From Octopus sinensis (Eukaryota), in the NCBI RefSeq assembly GCF_006345805.1, contig NC_043022.1:8990001-9054000 (forward strand): DNA of 64,000 nt, given 5' to 3'. The first letter of the stretch is position 1. Each line of letters starts with the position of its first letter. The position numbers and the translations under genes were made by a program. Below, piece after piece: positions 50,271 through 64,000 of this stretch. The notes under the pieces were generated by a model. It did not search any database. It saw only the letters and a program-made list of their open reading frames with translations, and was not told where the DNA came from.

Positions 50271-50695
50271 CAACATATATATTGTTGATATTCATACATA
50301 GTTATTATGGCTTCTAATTTGTTTTGTGTATCCAATTTATTGATTGTGCTTCCTTCTGCAATGGTGCAGTATTAGAACAGCAATAAATGTTGTGCCCATA
50401 TGACTACAAAACAACACATTTAATGACAGATTACTTGTGTGTATATTTACACACACACACATGTACATACATACATACATACATACATACATACATACAT
50501 ACATACATACATTTCTATACATTTAAGTATTTAATTATATATATAGAGTTTGCAGATTTTTTTTGTTGTTGTTGGTTATTACTTTTGTAGATTTGTACTT
50601 AGCTAGTTTTTGAGTAATTTTTAATTAAGATATTGGCATATGTGTGTATGAGTGTATGTGTATACGTGCCTATTTGTACATATACATATTGCATA

Positions 50696-50747
<52 letters not shown>

Positions 50748-51035
50748 TACATACTTACACACACACATACATTTATCTGTCATTATTATTATCATCTAAA
50801 GTCCACTTTTCCATTCTTGCATGGACCAGATAATTTGTTGGGGCAGGTTTACTGCTGCTGGATATCCTTCCTGTTGCTAACTAGTGCCTGTTTCCAAGCA
50901 AGGTAATATTTCTTCATGGCCAGGTGTGCTTTACATGGAAGACTAGAAATGTCAACAACCTCGCTTGTAAGACGGATGCTCGTTTACAACTATCACATGG
51001 TGTCTAGACTAGAATACACACACTCACACACACAC

Positions 51036-51067
<32 letters not shown>

Positions 51068-52269
51068 ACTTGATGGGCTTCCACACAGTTTCCATCTGCC
51101 AAATTAATTCACAAAGCATTGGTCAGTCCGAGGTTACAGTAGAAGACACTTGTTCAAGATGCCATACAGAGGAACTGAACCCATATCCACATGGTTGCAA
51201 AGTGACCTTCTTAACCACAAAGCCATAACTATGTCTTATGGTCAAATTATTAAAACGTTTGCTTTACATTGGGCCTTATGTTCAATTCGTGTGTGTGACT
51301 GACCTCTTGAACCATTGTCTTTTGACATAATCTCAGGTTAATTCAAGCACCTTATGTGAAATTGACTAGAGGGAAATTGAATGGATGTACAACCAAATCC
51401 AACACAGCAGTAGTCAAACTCAAGATATCACACATGAGTTTACTGGAAACAAAGTTCACTGTGGGAGATTTCACCACCAAATGGCAATGATTTGAGAAGT
51501 GCAAAGTATATGGTGTCCATGGTCGTCTTTGTAGCCACCATGAACCTACCCCTAGAGTTGGGAGGAAAGCAGTCCAGAGGACCAGAATGAGGTAACCAGT
51601 CAAAAGGGCTTTCTTAGATGACATCAATCCAAGGAATACAGTGGACCCTTAGCTTGGTGGAAATGACTTTGTGGCCACATACGAAATTCAGCTTAATTCA
51701 GGGAATTGAGCCTGAGTATCATGAAATGAAAGGTTGCCATATATCATGTTTACGGATTGAACTTGCAATTCAAAGGTCTAGCCTCGTCAAATATTGTGTC
51801 ACACTGATTCCACTTAAGAACTATGTTAAGCGCCCACTTGTCTGTGGAGTGCTCAGTCACTTATATGCTAATTCAATGAGTAGGTAGCTTCAGCAGATAG
51901 AGAATTACTCACTGAGTGTAGACAGATATATAATATATATATTGATACAGGCATAGCTAAGAGGAAGTGTAGTCATGGCTGTGTGGTTAAGAAGTTTGCT
52001 TTGCAACCAAGTGGTACTGTGTGACAACTGGAGCAAGTGCCTTCTACTGAGCCTTAATGAAACCAAGACTTTGTGACTGAATTTCTTAGATGGAAACCAC
52101 AAAACCTATCGTATGTATGTGTATGTGCTTGGCGGTTAGGGTTAGTGACAGGAACAGCATCCAGCTGTAAAACAGTTCACCAGTCATATGCATCATGTAA
52201 ACTTTGTTAACACAAACATAAAAATGAAATGTGTTTTGTGTGTGTATTGAACATACATATATAACTTTT

Positions 52270-52281
52270 TCTATCTGTCTG

Positions 52282-52324
<43 letters not shown>

Positions 52325-52365
52325 CTATCTATTTGTCTGTCTGTCTGTCTGTTTGTCTGTCTATC

Positions 52366-52410
<45 letters not shown>

Positions 52411-52473
52411 GTCTGTCTGTCTGTCTGGTTGTCTGTCTATCTATGTATCTATCTATCTATCTGTCTGTCTGTC

Positions 52474-52562
<89 letters not shown>

Positions 52563-52565
52563 GTC
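52270..52565. repeat. (TCTA/TCTG)n microsatellite
   Basis: Direct reading. Confidence 0.95.
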
Positions 52566-52999
52566 TATACACACGCACACACACACACATATATATGTAT
52601 GTATGTATTCATGTATGTACGTAATTTTATTTTTTTATAGTATTTATCACTCTACAAATCATAGATCATTTCTAACCAAATTATGTAATTATGTAACTCT
52701 GCACCGTATGACGCATAAGCCACTTAATTAAACAACATGGTCTTTGTATTTTTTTAACTAAGAATAATCTCGAATATCTATGTGTGTGTGTGTGTGGGGG
52801 GGTTATTAATACAATGAGTCTAGCAAAAGGTATTTTGTTTCAACTAAAAACACATTAGGGATTGATTAACAAGAGAAGTGGAAGCTCCTGCATAATAGCT
52901 GAGATTGTGCTAGTGTTAGTAATGGTATGTTGTGTTGGTTTTGGTTAAGTCTATAAAAGCCATGTAAAGGGAGTGGTTTTGCTCACAGCATTTCTCCTG

Positions 53000-53700
53000 G
53001 AGAAGACGTGTGACAAAGATCATGTCAACAGTCAAGCGGGCACTTCAGGAACCACATTGGGTTTCAGGCAGAAAACATCAGCAACATGCCTTCTGAGGCA
53101 TGATGGAAGGACTTTGACACCATTGACCATGATGTTTTGTGAGAAATCCTGACAAAATTTGGCCACCCCACAAATTATCTTACCATTCTGAAGGACTTCC
53201 ACAATGTAATGATGGCACCCAGTCTGACTTCTTCCTAGTCCAAGTCGGTGTCAAGCAAGGATACGTACTTGCCTTGATCATCTTCAACTTCTACATGGCA
53301 GCCATAGCCCTCCACGCCAGGCATTCATTCAAGATGAAAGATGCAATAATTATTAGGTACAACACAGATAGCAGTATTTTCAATCTGAGGCACCTGAAAT
53401 CTGTAACAAAGACATCATCTCAACACATCTTTGAGTTGCAATATGCAGATGATATGGCACTTGTCAGCCGTAGCCCTGCTGGCTTTCAAAGGCTCTTGGA
53501 CCACATGTCAGATGCATACAGCCATGCTGACCCAGTCATCAATACCAAGAAGACGAAAATCCTCCAACAGCCTTGTGCCCCCGACACCAACCCATGCTCC
53601 TTCTATGTTGAAGATCCAACAATTGCTCATGTTAACCAATTCATGTACCATGACTTAGTCTTCAACAACACTCTCAATCTGACATGATATTCAGCGCCAC
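53000..53700 (+). pseudogene. RTE (BovB-like) RT fragment, third RTE family
   Basis: ORF 53139-53687: GVKQGYVLALIIFN, IRYNTDSSIFNLRHLKSVTK, ELQYADDMAL, INTKKT. Confidence 0.88.
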
Positions 53701-53944
53701 ATTTGACTTGCCTCTGCTCTGTTTTTATTGTTTTGTGTGTGTGTTTTCAATTCTTTATCTACCTGTTACAAATGCCCATGTTGTCCATCTGTCTGTCTTC
53801 CCCTCATTTTATTTGTGCTATTTCACCTACCTACATACATACATGCATACATACACAGAAAGAGAGAGTCATACACATGTACACAACACATATACTTGTG
53901 TTTTAGGAAACCAAAGAAATCTTTAAACTATATTGATAAATTTT

Positions 53945-54230
53945 CATCTATCTATCTATCTACTCAGTCGAAGTCAACTCTCGGTTACTCGTTGGATCAG
54001 TGTCTTCCAGTCAGTTCTATCCTGGGCCGCTTCTTTCAGATTGGCTATGTCCATTCTGGCATCACTCTTGATGGTGTCAAGCCAGCAGGTTCTTGGTCGG
54101 CCTCTTCCTCTCTTGCCACTGACCATTCCGAGCATGATGTCCTTCTCCAGGGATTTCTCTGCATAATATGACCAAAATGTTCATACCACCCAAAAAACAT
54201 TATTAACATTCTAGATAGAGTGAGCATTTA
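53945..54230 (-). mobile_element. RTE 3' end fragment
   Basis: FGHIMQRK/SLEKDIMLGMVSGKRGRGRPRTCWLD across a frameshift, with an (AGAT)n tail. Confidence 0.8.
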
Positions 54231-54861
54231 GAAATAAATTTATCAACACTGCAGTGGCAAATTTGACTGGCATCAGTTTGGGGGAGAAAGAACAGGACAA
54301 GGGCCACGTTATTAGCAGCAGTCATCATGAGGATCTCTCTCCTATATAGATAAGTGAAGCAAACTACGTGAAGACACGTGTCTGTGGAGTGCTCAGCCAC
54401 TTGCACGTTAATTTCACAAGCAGGCTGTTCCATTGATCGGATCAACTGGAACTCTCATCATCAATCCATAATAATGTTTGTAGATTAATTCCATCAGAGG
54501 ATGCGGCCATATAGATGCATTTAACTTAAGATGAGACAAGCCTCCATCTTTGGGAAAGAGACCTTACACTTGAGATTTTAAAGCAGAGAAGTTCGAAGAT
54601 AGAACTTCCACCCCTTTAATTTTCCATATCATTTGTATTCTTTGTAAGTTGAACCTTTTTATATGTATGCATATATACAGATCTTGTATTTCATGTATTT
54701 AATATACTTTACATATAGATCTGTCTAATTTGCTTATCCCCACATTTGCTTCTATACCTGCTCAAGTTTGAATATTTTGAGCACTAGGAAGTGTATTCTA
54801 TATGGAGAACATTTGGATCTCATCTATGAACTATATATGTATGTATGTATGTATATATAGA

Positions 54862-55043
54862 GAGAGTTTACGGCAAAAACAAAAGACGAAGACAGGTGGT
54901 GTACAAAACAAACAGATGTATTAGTATAACGCTCAGGAATAGAAAAAGTCTTTTACATTTCGAGCCTACGCTCTTCTATGGAAAGGGACACAGAAATCAA
55001 GGAGAGAAAAAAATGTGTGTAGTGGCTAACGATCTACCATGGC

Positions 55044-55046
<3 letters not shown>
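54862..55046 (-). mobile_element. Penelope pseudo-LTR-like remnant with a degenerate hammerhead (54950-54985), flanked by (TA)n
   Basis: CUUU / CCAUAGA-A / GAGC-GUAG-GCUC / GAAA / UG / UA / AAAG. Hammerhead topology is present but the core is mutated. Confidence 0.5.
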
Positions 55047-55103
<57 letters not shown>

Positions 55104-55607
55104 GTGTGTGTGTCTTTGTGCTTGTCCCCCACCACTGCTTGACAACGGGTGTGTGTTTGTCTAGGTCACCATAACTTAGCAGTTCAGAAAAAGGAATCAA
55201 TAGAATAAGTACTAGGTTTTAAAAAAATCAGTACTGGGGGTCAATTCATTTGACTAAAACAAGTAAAAGATATCAGGTAACCAACAATACTTAAACATGT
55301 CACTCCACCAGCTTTGGTAGCAGTCACCACAGTGACTGAAGCCTATAAAAGAATATAAAAAAAATGAAATGACAATTCTTATCTAATACATTTTTTTTTG
55401 TTTACTGTTATATTACCTATAATTACATTTTCTTCAATGTTACCTGTTGTTAATATAGGTTTGTCATTGTCAAATATTCATTATTACTTCTTCCTCACTT
55501 TCAACAGAGAAAAATTGTTTGTATAATTAGGTTTCGTCAAATGTACTTTAAAGGATAAAAATTGCCTTCAGGTTTTATACACACACACACACACATATAT
55601 ATATATA

Positions 55608-56446
55608 CAGGGTGGGAGGGGTTAATTGTCATCATTTTATATTTTTAATTTCACACATGCGCATTGTTTGTTTTTGTTGACTACACAGTATAGTAGGGTC
55701 AGTTGGGCACCATCTGTTAGAACAACAGCACTATGATACAATTCACTCTGCCAGAAATTTGGAAACGACATGCTGTACTGCTTGGCATTTGCACTGGAAG
55801 CTCCATGATGAACATGTGAAAATGTTTAGGTGTCAATCTGAGGACATGCCATGTCCCCAAAATAGGTACCAAGAGTGATAAAAATCAAATATCCAATCAA
55901 CATGATGGTATTTGGAGTGATCACTGGTGTTGATGATGTTACGCCTCCATTCACCTTTCCACGTGGCCCCAGACTCAACACAGAGGCCTACATCAAGTGC
56001 CTGGAGGAGGTAGTGCTGCTCTGGGTCAAAAGGGTGGCTGCTAGAAGACCCTATGTCTGGCAACAGGACTCTGCACCATGTCACACAAGTAGGAGAACCC
56101 AGTCATGGCTAACAGACAATTTCTGAAACCACATCACCCCTAACATCTGGCCACTAACTCCCCAGACTGCAACCCCTTGACTGTTATGTGTAAGGTGCAG
56201 TTGAAGGCAAGGATTATGGCAGCATTCACCAACTTAAACAAGAAGACCATCCAGAAGAGTTGCAGGAGATTCCGAAATGATCTGGAGGCCATGGTTGAAG
56301 CCAGTGGTGATTTTATTGAATAAATTTACTCTTTAGTATTTCAAGATATTTTTATGTAATTTTGGTAAATATATTTGTTAAAATGAGATGTCAATGTTAT
56401 TTTTATTTTTGCATAATTTAGACGACAGTTTATTCACCACACCCTG
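55608..56446 (+). mobile_element. Internally deleted maT (DD37D) Tc1/mariner-superfamily transposon
   Basis: TA|CAGGGTG...CACCCTG|TA. ORF 55875-56126 has VWQQDSAPCH. The downstream WP(P)NSPDCNPLD, after repair of small deletions, gives 37 residues between the second and third Asp. Confidence 0.85.
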
Positions 56447-56479
<33 letters not shown>

Positions 56480-56516
56480 GTTTGGATTAATATTCCCTCA
56501 AATAATTATTATATAT

Positions 56517-56548
<32 letters not shown>

Positions 56549-56604
56549 TACATACATACTCATATGTACAATTGTGCTCTTGTATTTGTGTGTATGCATA
56601 TATA

Positions 56605-56997
56605 TATTGTTTCAGTCATTTGACTGTGGCCATGCTGGAGCACCGCCTTTAGTCGAGCAAATCGAACCCAGGACTTATTCTTTGTAAGCCTAGTACTTAT
56701 TCTATCGGTCTCATTTGCCGAACCGCTAAGTTACGGGGACGTAACCACACCAGCATCGGTTGTCAAGTGATGTTGGGGGGACAAACACAGACACACAAAC
56801 ATATATACACACATATATATATATATACATATATACGACAGGCTTCTTTCAGTTTCTGTCTACCAAATCCACTCACAAGGCTTTGGTCAGCCCGAGGCTA
56901 TAGTAGAAGACACTTGCCCAAGGTGCCACGCAGTGGGACTGAACCCGGAACCATGTGGTTGGTAAGCGAGCTACTTACCACACAGCCACTCCTATGC
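56605..56997 (-). mobile_element. Full-length family A SINE, young
   Basis: Close homology to 17097-17500, CpGs retained. Confidence 0.9.
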
Positions 56998-57464
56998 TTA
57001 ACTAATATTTATTTCAATAATAAGACAGCAAGCTGGCAGGATCATTAGCACGTCAGGCAAAATGCTTAGCAGCATTTCGTCTGTCTTTACATTCTGAGTT
57101 CTAATTCCAGCAAGATCAAATTTGCCTTCATCCTTTCAGGATCATTAAAATAAGTGCCAGTTGAACACTGGGGTTGATGTAATCGATTTGCACCCCACTC
57201 CCACCCCACCCACCTTCCCCAGACTTGCTGGTCTTACGCCAAAATTTGAAACCAAAATTTACTTCATGAACCCTGAAAGGATGAAAGGCAAAGTCAGCCT
57301 TGGTGGGAATGGAACTCTGAACATGAGCAGCATTATGTCCAGTGTGCTAACGGTTCTGCCAGTTCACCATTTTAATAAACAACAGTAATTATGATAATAA
57401 GACTAAGAGAAACAGCAAACAACAGCAACAACAACAACAACACTCACAGAAATACGTAGCCTCT

Positions 57465-57915
57465 ACCTGGGACGTAGCCAGCCCACTTATGCATACCTTT
57501 CCTTCTTGTGACACAAAACCCTACTTGTGAAGACCTGTTGAGGCAAGTGAAAATCAAAATCGATCAACATCAATGTAAAATGGTAGCTGTGATACCAGTG
57601 CCGGTGGCACGTAAGAGAACCATCCGAACGTGGCCGTTGCCAGCGCTGCCCCGACTGGCCTCCGTGCCGGTGGCACGTAAAAAGCACCATCCAATTGTGA
57701 CTGTTGACAGTCCGATCGTGGCCATTTTCCAGCCTCGCCTGGTACCTGTGCAGGTGGCACGTAAAAAGCACCCGCTACACTCACGGAGTGGTTGGCGTTA
57801 GGAAGGGCATCCAGCTGTAGAAACACTGCCAAATCAGCCTTCTGGCTTCCCAGACCTCAGTTGAACCGTCCAACCCATGCTAGCATGGAAAATGGACGTT
57901 AAATGATGATGATGA
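57465..57915 (+). mobile_element. RTE 3' UTR fragment with tandem repeats and a (GAT)n tail
   Basis: Homology to 15673-16246. Confidence 0.85.
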
Positions 57916-58229
57916 TGAATAAGAGCATCAATAACAGTGTTATATGGAACATAGAGGTGTAAACAGTAATGGTAATGAGAATAGTTAGAGTAACAGCAAC
58001 AACAACAACAGAGGCCACAACGGAGAAGAGACAACAATGTTAACACTGATGACAATAGACACAAGAAGATTGTAACAGTTACAACAACAATAGCAGCAAC
58101 AACAACAACAGCAACAACAACTAGAACAGTGACACAAGATGGTAACAAGATAGTGTTGTTTCTTAGCTTTTATCAAATATTTAAGAGGATTGCATCATGT
58201 CTTTTGGTTTGTAGCAGAAAAAATAAATA

Positions 58230-58571
58230 AAACATATCTACACACACACACACACACGCATGCATGCTCACACATACTTATACACACACACACTTATACA
58301 GACTCATACTTTCAGACATGCATGTGCATGCATACGCACATACACAAACATAGACAACACACACACACACAACACACACACACACACACACACCACACAC
58401 ACACATACACATACCACGCACACACACACACACAACACACACACACATACACATACACACGCACACACACACACACACACACACGCATGCATGCTCACAC
58501 ATACTTATACACACACACACTTATACAGACTCATACTTTCAGACATGCATGTGCATGCATACGCACATACA

Positions 58572-58612
<41 letters not shown>

Positions 58613-59030
58613 ACGCACACACACATACACACACACACTTGTACATACATCCATGTATGTCCACTCACATGCATATACACTCACACACATATACTCATAC
58701 GCATAGACACACACACACACATATCATGCACTCACAAATACAAACACACACGTGTCCTTGCTTTCACACACAAATACATACTCACCTATAAGTACATACT
58801 CACACATAGACACACTAAGACACTGAAACACACATTCATACTCACAATTATGCATACACACACACTCACGTAGACACACATACATACACATATACACACT
58901 CACACAAACATATGTACTCACTCATACCTACAGAGAGACGGTAACACACTGATACGCACTTACAATCACGCACACTCACACACATGTACACACACACACA
59001 TTCTCTTACAAACACAGATTAAAGAAATTT
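58230..59030. repeat. (CA)-rich degenerate microsatellite with an internal duplication of about 90 bp (near 58255 and 58485)
   Basis: Direct reading. Confidence 0.9.
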
Positions 59031-59277
59031 TAAAAAATAAATTTTTAAAAAAATACTTTAAAGAACAGAATTTAAAGAAAAACAAAAATAAAACACAAGA
59101 TGGAATAATTAATTCTTGTCTTTTAATCAATTCCTTCAAGGAATTCCATTTCTTTAGAGTTGAATCAAAATTCTCAAATATGTCAGTGGAATTGTTGTTA
59201 TTTCTTCACCTACATAAAATATTCACAAGTGTCTTTTCCCCCCCCCGGTGTTCCCCATAGTCTTACTTGTAATATAT

Positions 59278-59359
<82 letters not shown>

Positions 59360-59439
59360 GCATATCATCTATACATATGATATATATAATATATGTTATA
59401 TATATAATATATATATAATATAATTATATATATATAATC

Positions 59440-59750
59440 ATCATCATCATCATCATTTAATGTCTGCTTTCCTTGCTAGCATGGGTTGGACGATTTTGAC
59501 TGAGGACTGGCAACCAGATGGCTGCACCAGGCTCCAGTCTTGATCTGGCAGAGTTTCTACAGCTGGATGCCCTTCCTAACACCAACCACTCCGAGAGTGT
59601 AGTGGGTGCTTTTTACGTGCCACCAGCACGGGGCCAGTCAGGCAGTACTGGCAATGACCTCGCTCGAATCTTTTTACAGGTGCCAGTGAAGTGACGTTCG
59701 TAACGATCAACACTCGAATGGTGCCCTTTTACGTGCCATGGGTATGGAAG
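59440..59750 (-). mobile_element. RTE 3' UTR fragment
   Basis: Homology to 15790-16246. Confidence 0.85.
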
Positions 59751-60189
59751 CCATATATATATATATACACACATACTTGCACATATATACATACACACAC
59801 ATATATATATGATGATGATTCTGCTTAGGTCTAGTGATACCAGTAACCAGTTGTTAGAACTAAATATACATATGCGTTTGGAGTAAAGCGTTAGGTGAGT
59901 ACAGAGCATAATATTAACTAATGATTTAAGCATTTAATTAACATGAATATGTATGTGTGTGTGTGTGTGTGTGAGTGTGTGTGTGTATGTATTTATGGTA
60001 TAGTATAACAACATCACATCACAAACATCCCACAATTCTAGCAGCTGATACAGACTAATAATGAAATAATATATTTATATTCATTAAGCAATACAGATAC
60101 ACATATTAGGGGCTATGCTGGGTGTTTTCATCTAACCTATGCAAGCATGAAAAAGTAGTTGTTAAATGATGAAAATTATATATATATAT

Positions 60190-60221
<32 letters not shown>

Positions 60222-60960
60222 CATACAAAATATTAAAAACTGTCATATTGTCTTCTACACTTGTTGTCATTGAGCAACAGTGTTGTTACACATCATATTA
60301 TGGGTTTTTAAGACAATTTAGTTCCAGAAATTGAGATATCTCTTATACATGATCACATATTATAAATATCATGTTATCAATGAACATTTAAAGTAAATTA
60401 ATCTGAAATAATAAGCTGGAAACAATATCAGATGAAGATAATCTCTTTGGCAGATTCTCAGAAGGTTTGCTGACAAAGTATTCTCTATTTACAAAGACAT
60501 TAAGAACTGACCGTTTCTGAAAATGGAAACAACAGAACAACTTGTCTTCCATCTTTTATAATTTTATCTTTTACTTGTTTCAATCGTTGGACTGGGGTCA
60601 TGCTGGGAGGGTTTTAGTCAAACAAATTCAACCCTAATGCTTATTTTTTTAAAAGTCTGGTTCTCATTCTATCAGTCTCTTTTGCCAGACCACTAAATAA
60701 TGGGAATGTAATCAAACTAACACTGGCTGTCAAGCAATGGTGAATGACTGACACAAAGACTCATGCACACACATCCACTCACAATGGCTTCTTTCAGTTT
60801 CCATCTTCTAAATCCACTCACAAATCTTTGATCAGCCAAGGGTTATTGTAGAAGACATTTACCCACGGTGCTGCACAATGACACTGAACCCAAAATCATG
60901 TGACTTGAAATCAAACTTCTTGCTACACATCCATGCCTGCAACTCCATCATATAGAAAAT

Positions 60961-61402
60961 CGATCTTTTCGGTTTGAACGGCAGTTTTTAACATAATTTC
61001 TAGGTAACTAAAAAATTTTAAACTTCGTATACTGGTAGAATGAGTTCATAAAACATCTTTTTCTCTTGGCTTTATTGGGAAAATTCTATAGTTTGTAAGA
61101 TATTTGTTGTTTTTTCCTTCAATTTCTGCAATTTCAACCAATCAATGACGTCCATTGAGGTAAACAACATTCTGTGCCGTATGAATATGTCCCTCGTTTA
61201 AGAAACAGATTGGGTTTATTTACATTTGTGAAGAAAAAAAGATACCCTTCCCCCCACCCCTAACAATAACTAACCCTAACCATAACTAACCCTAACCCTA
61301 AAACTGATTGAAATGCAATAGATCGATACTAGGGTCATAATTATGGGTGACAATTTCATATGACACCGCTAGAAAAAACTGCCGTTCAAACCGAAAAGAC
61401 CC
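60961..61402. mobile_element. Non-autonomous DNA transposon (hAT-like, 8-bp TSD) with internal telomere-like repeats
   Basis: TIR TCTTTTCGGTTTGAACGGCAGTTTT / AAAACTGCCGTTCAAACCGAAAAGA. TSD TAGAAAAT at 60953-60960 and 61403-61410. Degenerate (CCCTAA)n at about 61257-61304. Confidence 0.8.
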
Positions 61403-61429
61403 TAGAAAATATATGATTGAGATTAAATA

Positions 61430-61752
61430 TCGGTTTCAAATTTTGGCACAAGACAGTAATTTCAAGGGAGAGAGTAAGTCAATTACATTGACCCCCAATG
61501 TTCAGCTGGTACTTCTTTTATGAACCATGAAAGAATGAAAGGCAAAGTCAACCTCGGCAGAATTTGAACTCAGAACGTAAAGTCAACTGAAATGCTGCTG
61601 AACATTTTGCCTGGCATACTAACGGTTCTGCCAGCTTAATACCTTTAATTATACATAATGTTAGCGTGTTGATATGACACTGACTAGGAAGGCAAAGTCG
61701 ACATCTGTAAAATTTGAGCTCAGAACGTGCATTAATAATAATAATAATAATA

Positions 61753-61808
<56 letters not shown>

Positions 61809-62040
61809 CATTATTATTATTATTATCATCCTTTCTACTATAGACATAAGATGTGAAATTGGGCGTGGGAGTTGATAGACAATTACATCAATCCCAGTGC
61901 TCAATCGATATTTATTTCATCAACCCTAAAGAACAAAAGGCAAAGTCAACCTCAGCAGAATTTTAACTCAAAACTTAGAGACAGACAAAATGCTGCTAAA
62001 CATCTTGTCCAGCATGCTAACAATCCTGCTACCTTGTGCA
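61430..62040 (-). mobile_element. Cluster of family-B-related SINEs around an (ATT)n tract
   Basis: Homology to the 44410-45660 units. Confidence 0.7.
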
Positions 62041-62499
62041 CTTTGGAGTCACTAAAATAATTGTGCCAATATACTTGACATATATATCCTTTCCCCAATG
62101 GTAAGGTTTTGTGTTTATGCAATAAATCTATATAATAATATGCATGCATATATAAATGAAAATCTATTGATGACTGCTTAAATGTGAATGTGTGTGTGTG
62201 TGTGCGCGCGCGCATGTTTGTGTGTATTTGTATACTGAAACTCAGAGTAGGGATCTATGATGTTTCTAGATCATAAGTAGGACAAAACTGTAAAATGCAT
62301 TGAGTATCATTTGTCATTGTTGTTCACACATCATGCTTTGTTTTTGTGCCTCTTTGAGCTCACACATGTACACATACATATACATATGCACACACAAGTA
62401 CATACATGCATGCACACCCCTATGCACAAATGTACGTATGCATGCACACTCCCACACACACATAAATAGAAACATAGATACTTAGACAGATCACACACA

Positions 62500-63241
62500 T
62501 ATACATAGAGATAGATAGATACATACATACATACATACATACATACATACATACATACATAGATACATACATACATACATACATACATACATACATACAT
62601 ACATACATACATACATACATACATACTTGTATGCATAGAGATACAGACAAACAGATAGATAGAATAGATAGATAAATAGATAGATAGATAGAATAGAATA
62701 GGATAGATAGACAGACAGACAGACAGACAGGGATGGACAGATGGAAAGACATTGAGAGACAGATAGATATGACCCTATATCTTGACAAGAATTATGAGAT
62801 ATATAACGATAGTGCAAAGTCAAAGATGGTCTCTAAGTATATTTTTTGAAATCATGAAAGAAACGCCATCCACTTGAAAACTAAAACCAAGTCAAAGGCT
62901 CAACTTACATTGGAAGCTTACCTTCACAATCAAAGCGACTGTTTAATTACTTAGGGTTAGATTCTGAGTTCAAATGCTGCTAGATATTAAGCAGATCAGT
63001 AAAAGAAGGAAGTTCAATAGAAGAATGAAATAAATCTGAAACTAAAGACAAGTCAGGGAAGTCCTAGTGACCCACTAAACTATAACTGAAATAGCAAACA
63101 CAAAAACTAACGGTGTCAGTAGTAGAAAAACAGAAAAATAATAATAACATATTGTTACTTCTCTCATACACTGTATCTGTATATATGTGTGTGTATGTAT
63201 ATATGTATGTGTTTGTCTGTCTGACTGTGTCTATCTATCTT

Positions 63242-63280
<39 letters not shown>

Positions 63281-63560
63281 GTCTGTCTCTCTGTCTGTCT
63301 CTCTATCTATCTAACTATCTATCTATCAATCTGTTTATGCATGCATGTATGTATCTATTTATATGTATATATGTGTCTGTCTATATGTCTATGTTTTTAT
63401 CTTCCTATCTGTCTACCTGGAATTGTCCCCTCTGTGTTCAACTTTGCGTGTCTAAATATAGAAATCTATCTACCAGTCTGTCTATGTCTGTATCTATCTA
63501 TCTAGCTACCTATCGTTTTCTCTCTCTCTCTCTCTCTCCCTATATATCTATCTATCTCCC
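62500..63560. repeat. (ATAC)n/(ATAG)n and (TCTA)n tetranucleotide microsatellite fields
   Basis: Direct reading (62500-62780 and 63230-63560). Confidence 0.9.
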
Positions 63561-64000
63561 ATTTGTTTTGTTAAATTGAAACAATGACACCTGACAGCCA
63601 AGAAAGTCACTTGTCAAAAGTCGAACCAAATCAGTAAAACGAAAATTCTTCCCTGACCTTTTATATACAATTTTAATTATGTGAAAGAGGCAGGTTGGAA
63701 GAATTTTTCAACTGATGTTACCAGATATAATTTTTTTTTTTTTACAGCTCAATGAATTTTCCAACCTAATCTAAAGTATACTGATTCTTTCAAAAAGAAA
63801 AAAATAGAGAATATTACAAAAAATTTACAGCTGAATATTCAAGATACAAAAGACTTTTGTATGATTTAATGAAGTTTATTATTGTCATTTTATTATTTAT
63901 TGATATCTTTTTTTCTATTAGTCATGATTTGAGAAATATATCTCAAAAGTTTCCTTTCTTACACTTAAGAATTAGACTTGTCTTAGGAAATATACATGGA

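Noticed and set aside
61257-61304. True telomere or chromosome-fusion scar
   Set aside because: Only a few degenerate units, lying inside a TIR- and TSD-bounded transposon.

Overview
AT-rich, microsatellite- and retroposon-saturated animal genomic DNA, most likely from an octopus (coleoid cephalopod). That assignment is inferred from the SINE/RTE landscape and a cephalopod-like mitochondrial 16S insert. The only host exon I can identify with confidence is a 192-nt phase-1/1 exon of a FoxJ2/3 (FOXJ3-like) forkhead gene (+, 9202-9393). A tentative minus-strand gene built of very short exons lies at about 39.75-43.7 kb. The rest is accessory DNA: at least four tRNA-derived SINE families, several RTE LINE families (one with a C4HC3 PHD finger inside its RT), R4/Dong-like and CR1 LINE remnants, a 1046-bp solo LTR, mariner (DD34D-type) and maT (DD37D) transposons, piggyBac-like and hAT-like MITEs, a non-autonomous Helitron, a 115-bp tandem repeat and a mitochondrial 16S NUMT. 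The most unusual signal is a set of minimal type-I hammerhead ribozyme motifs in three unrelated short elements: a tRNA-headed SINE-like unit, a palindromic element seen twice, and a degenerate third family. Two long-range inverted repeats could also form dsRNA. All calls were made by eye without database searches. Boundaries of degenerate repeats are approximate (tens of bp).
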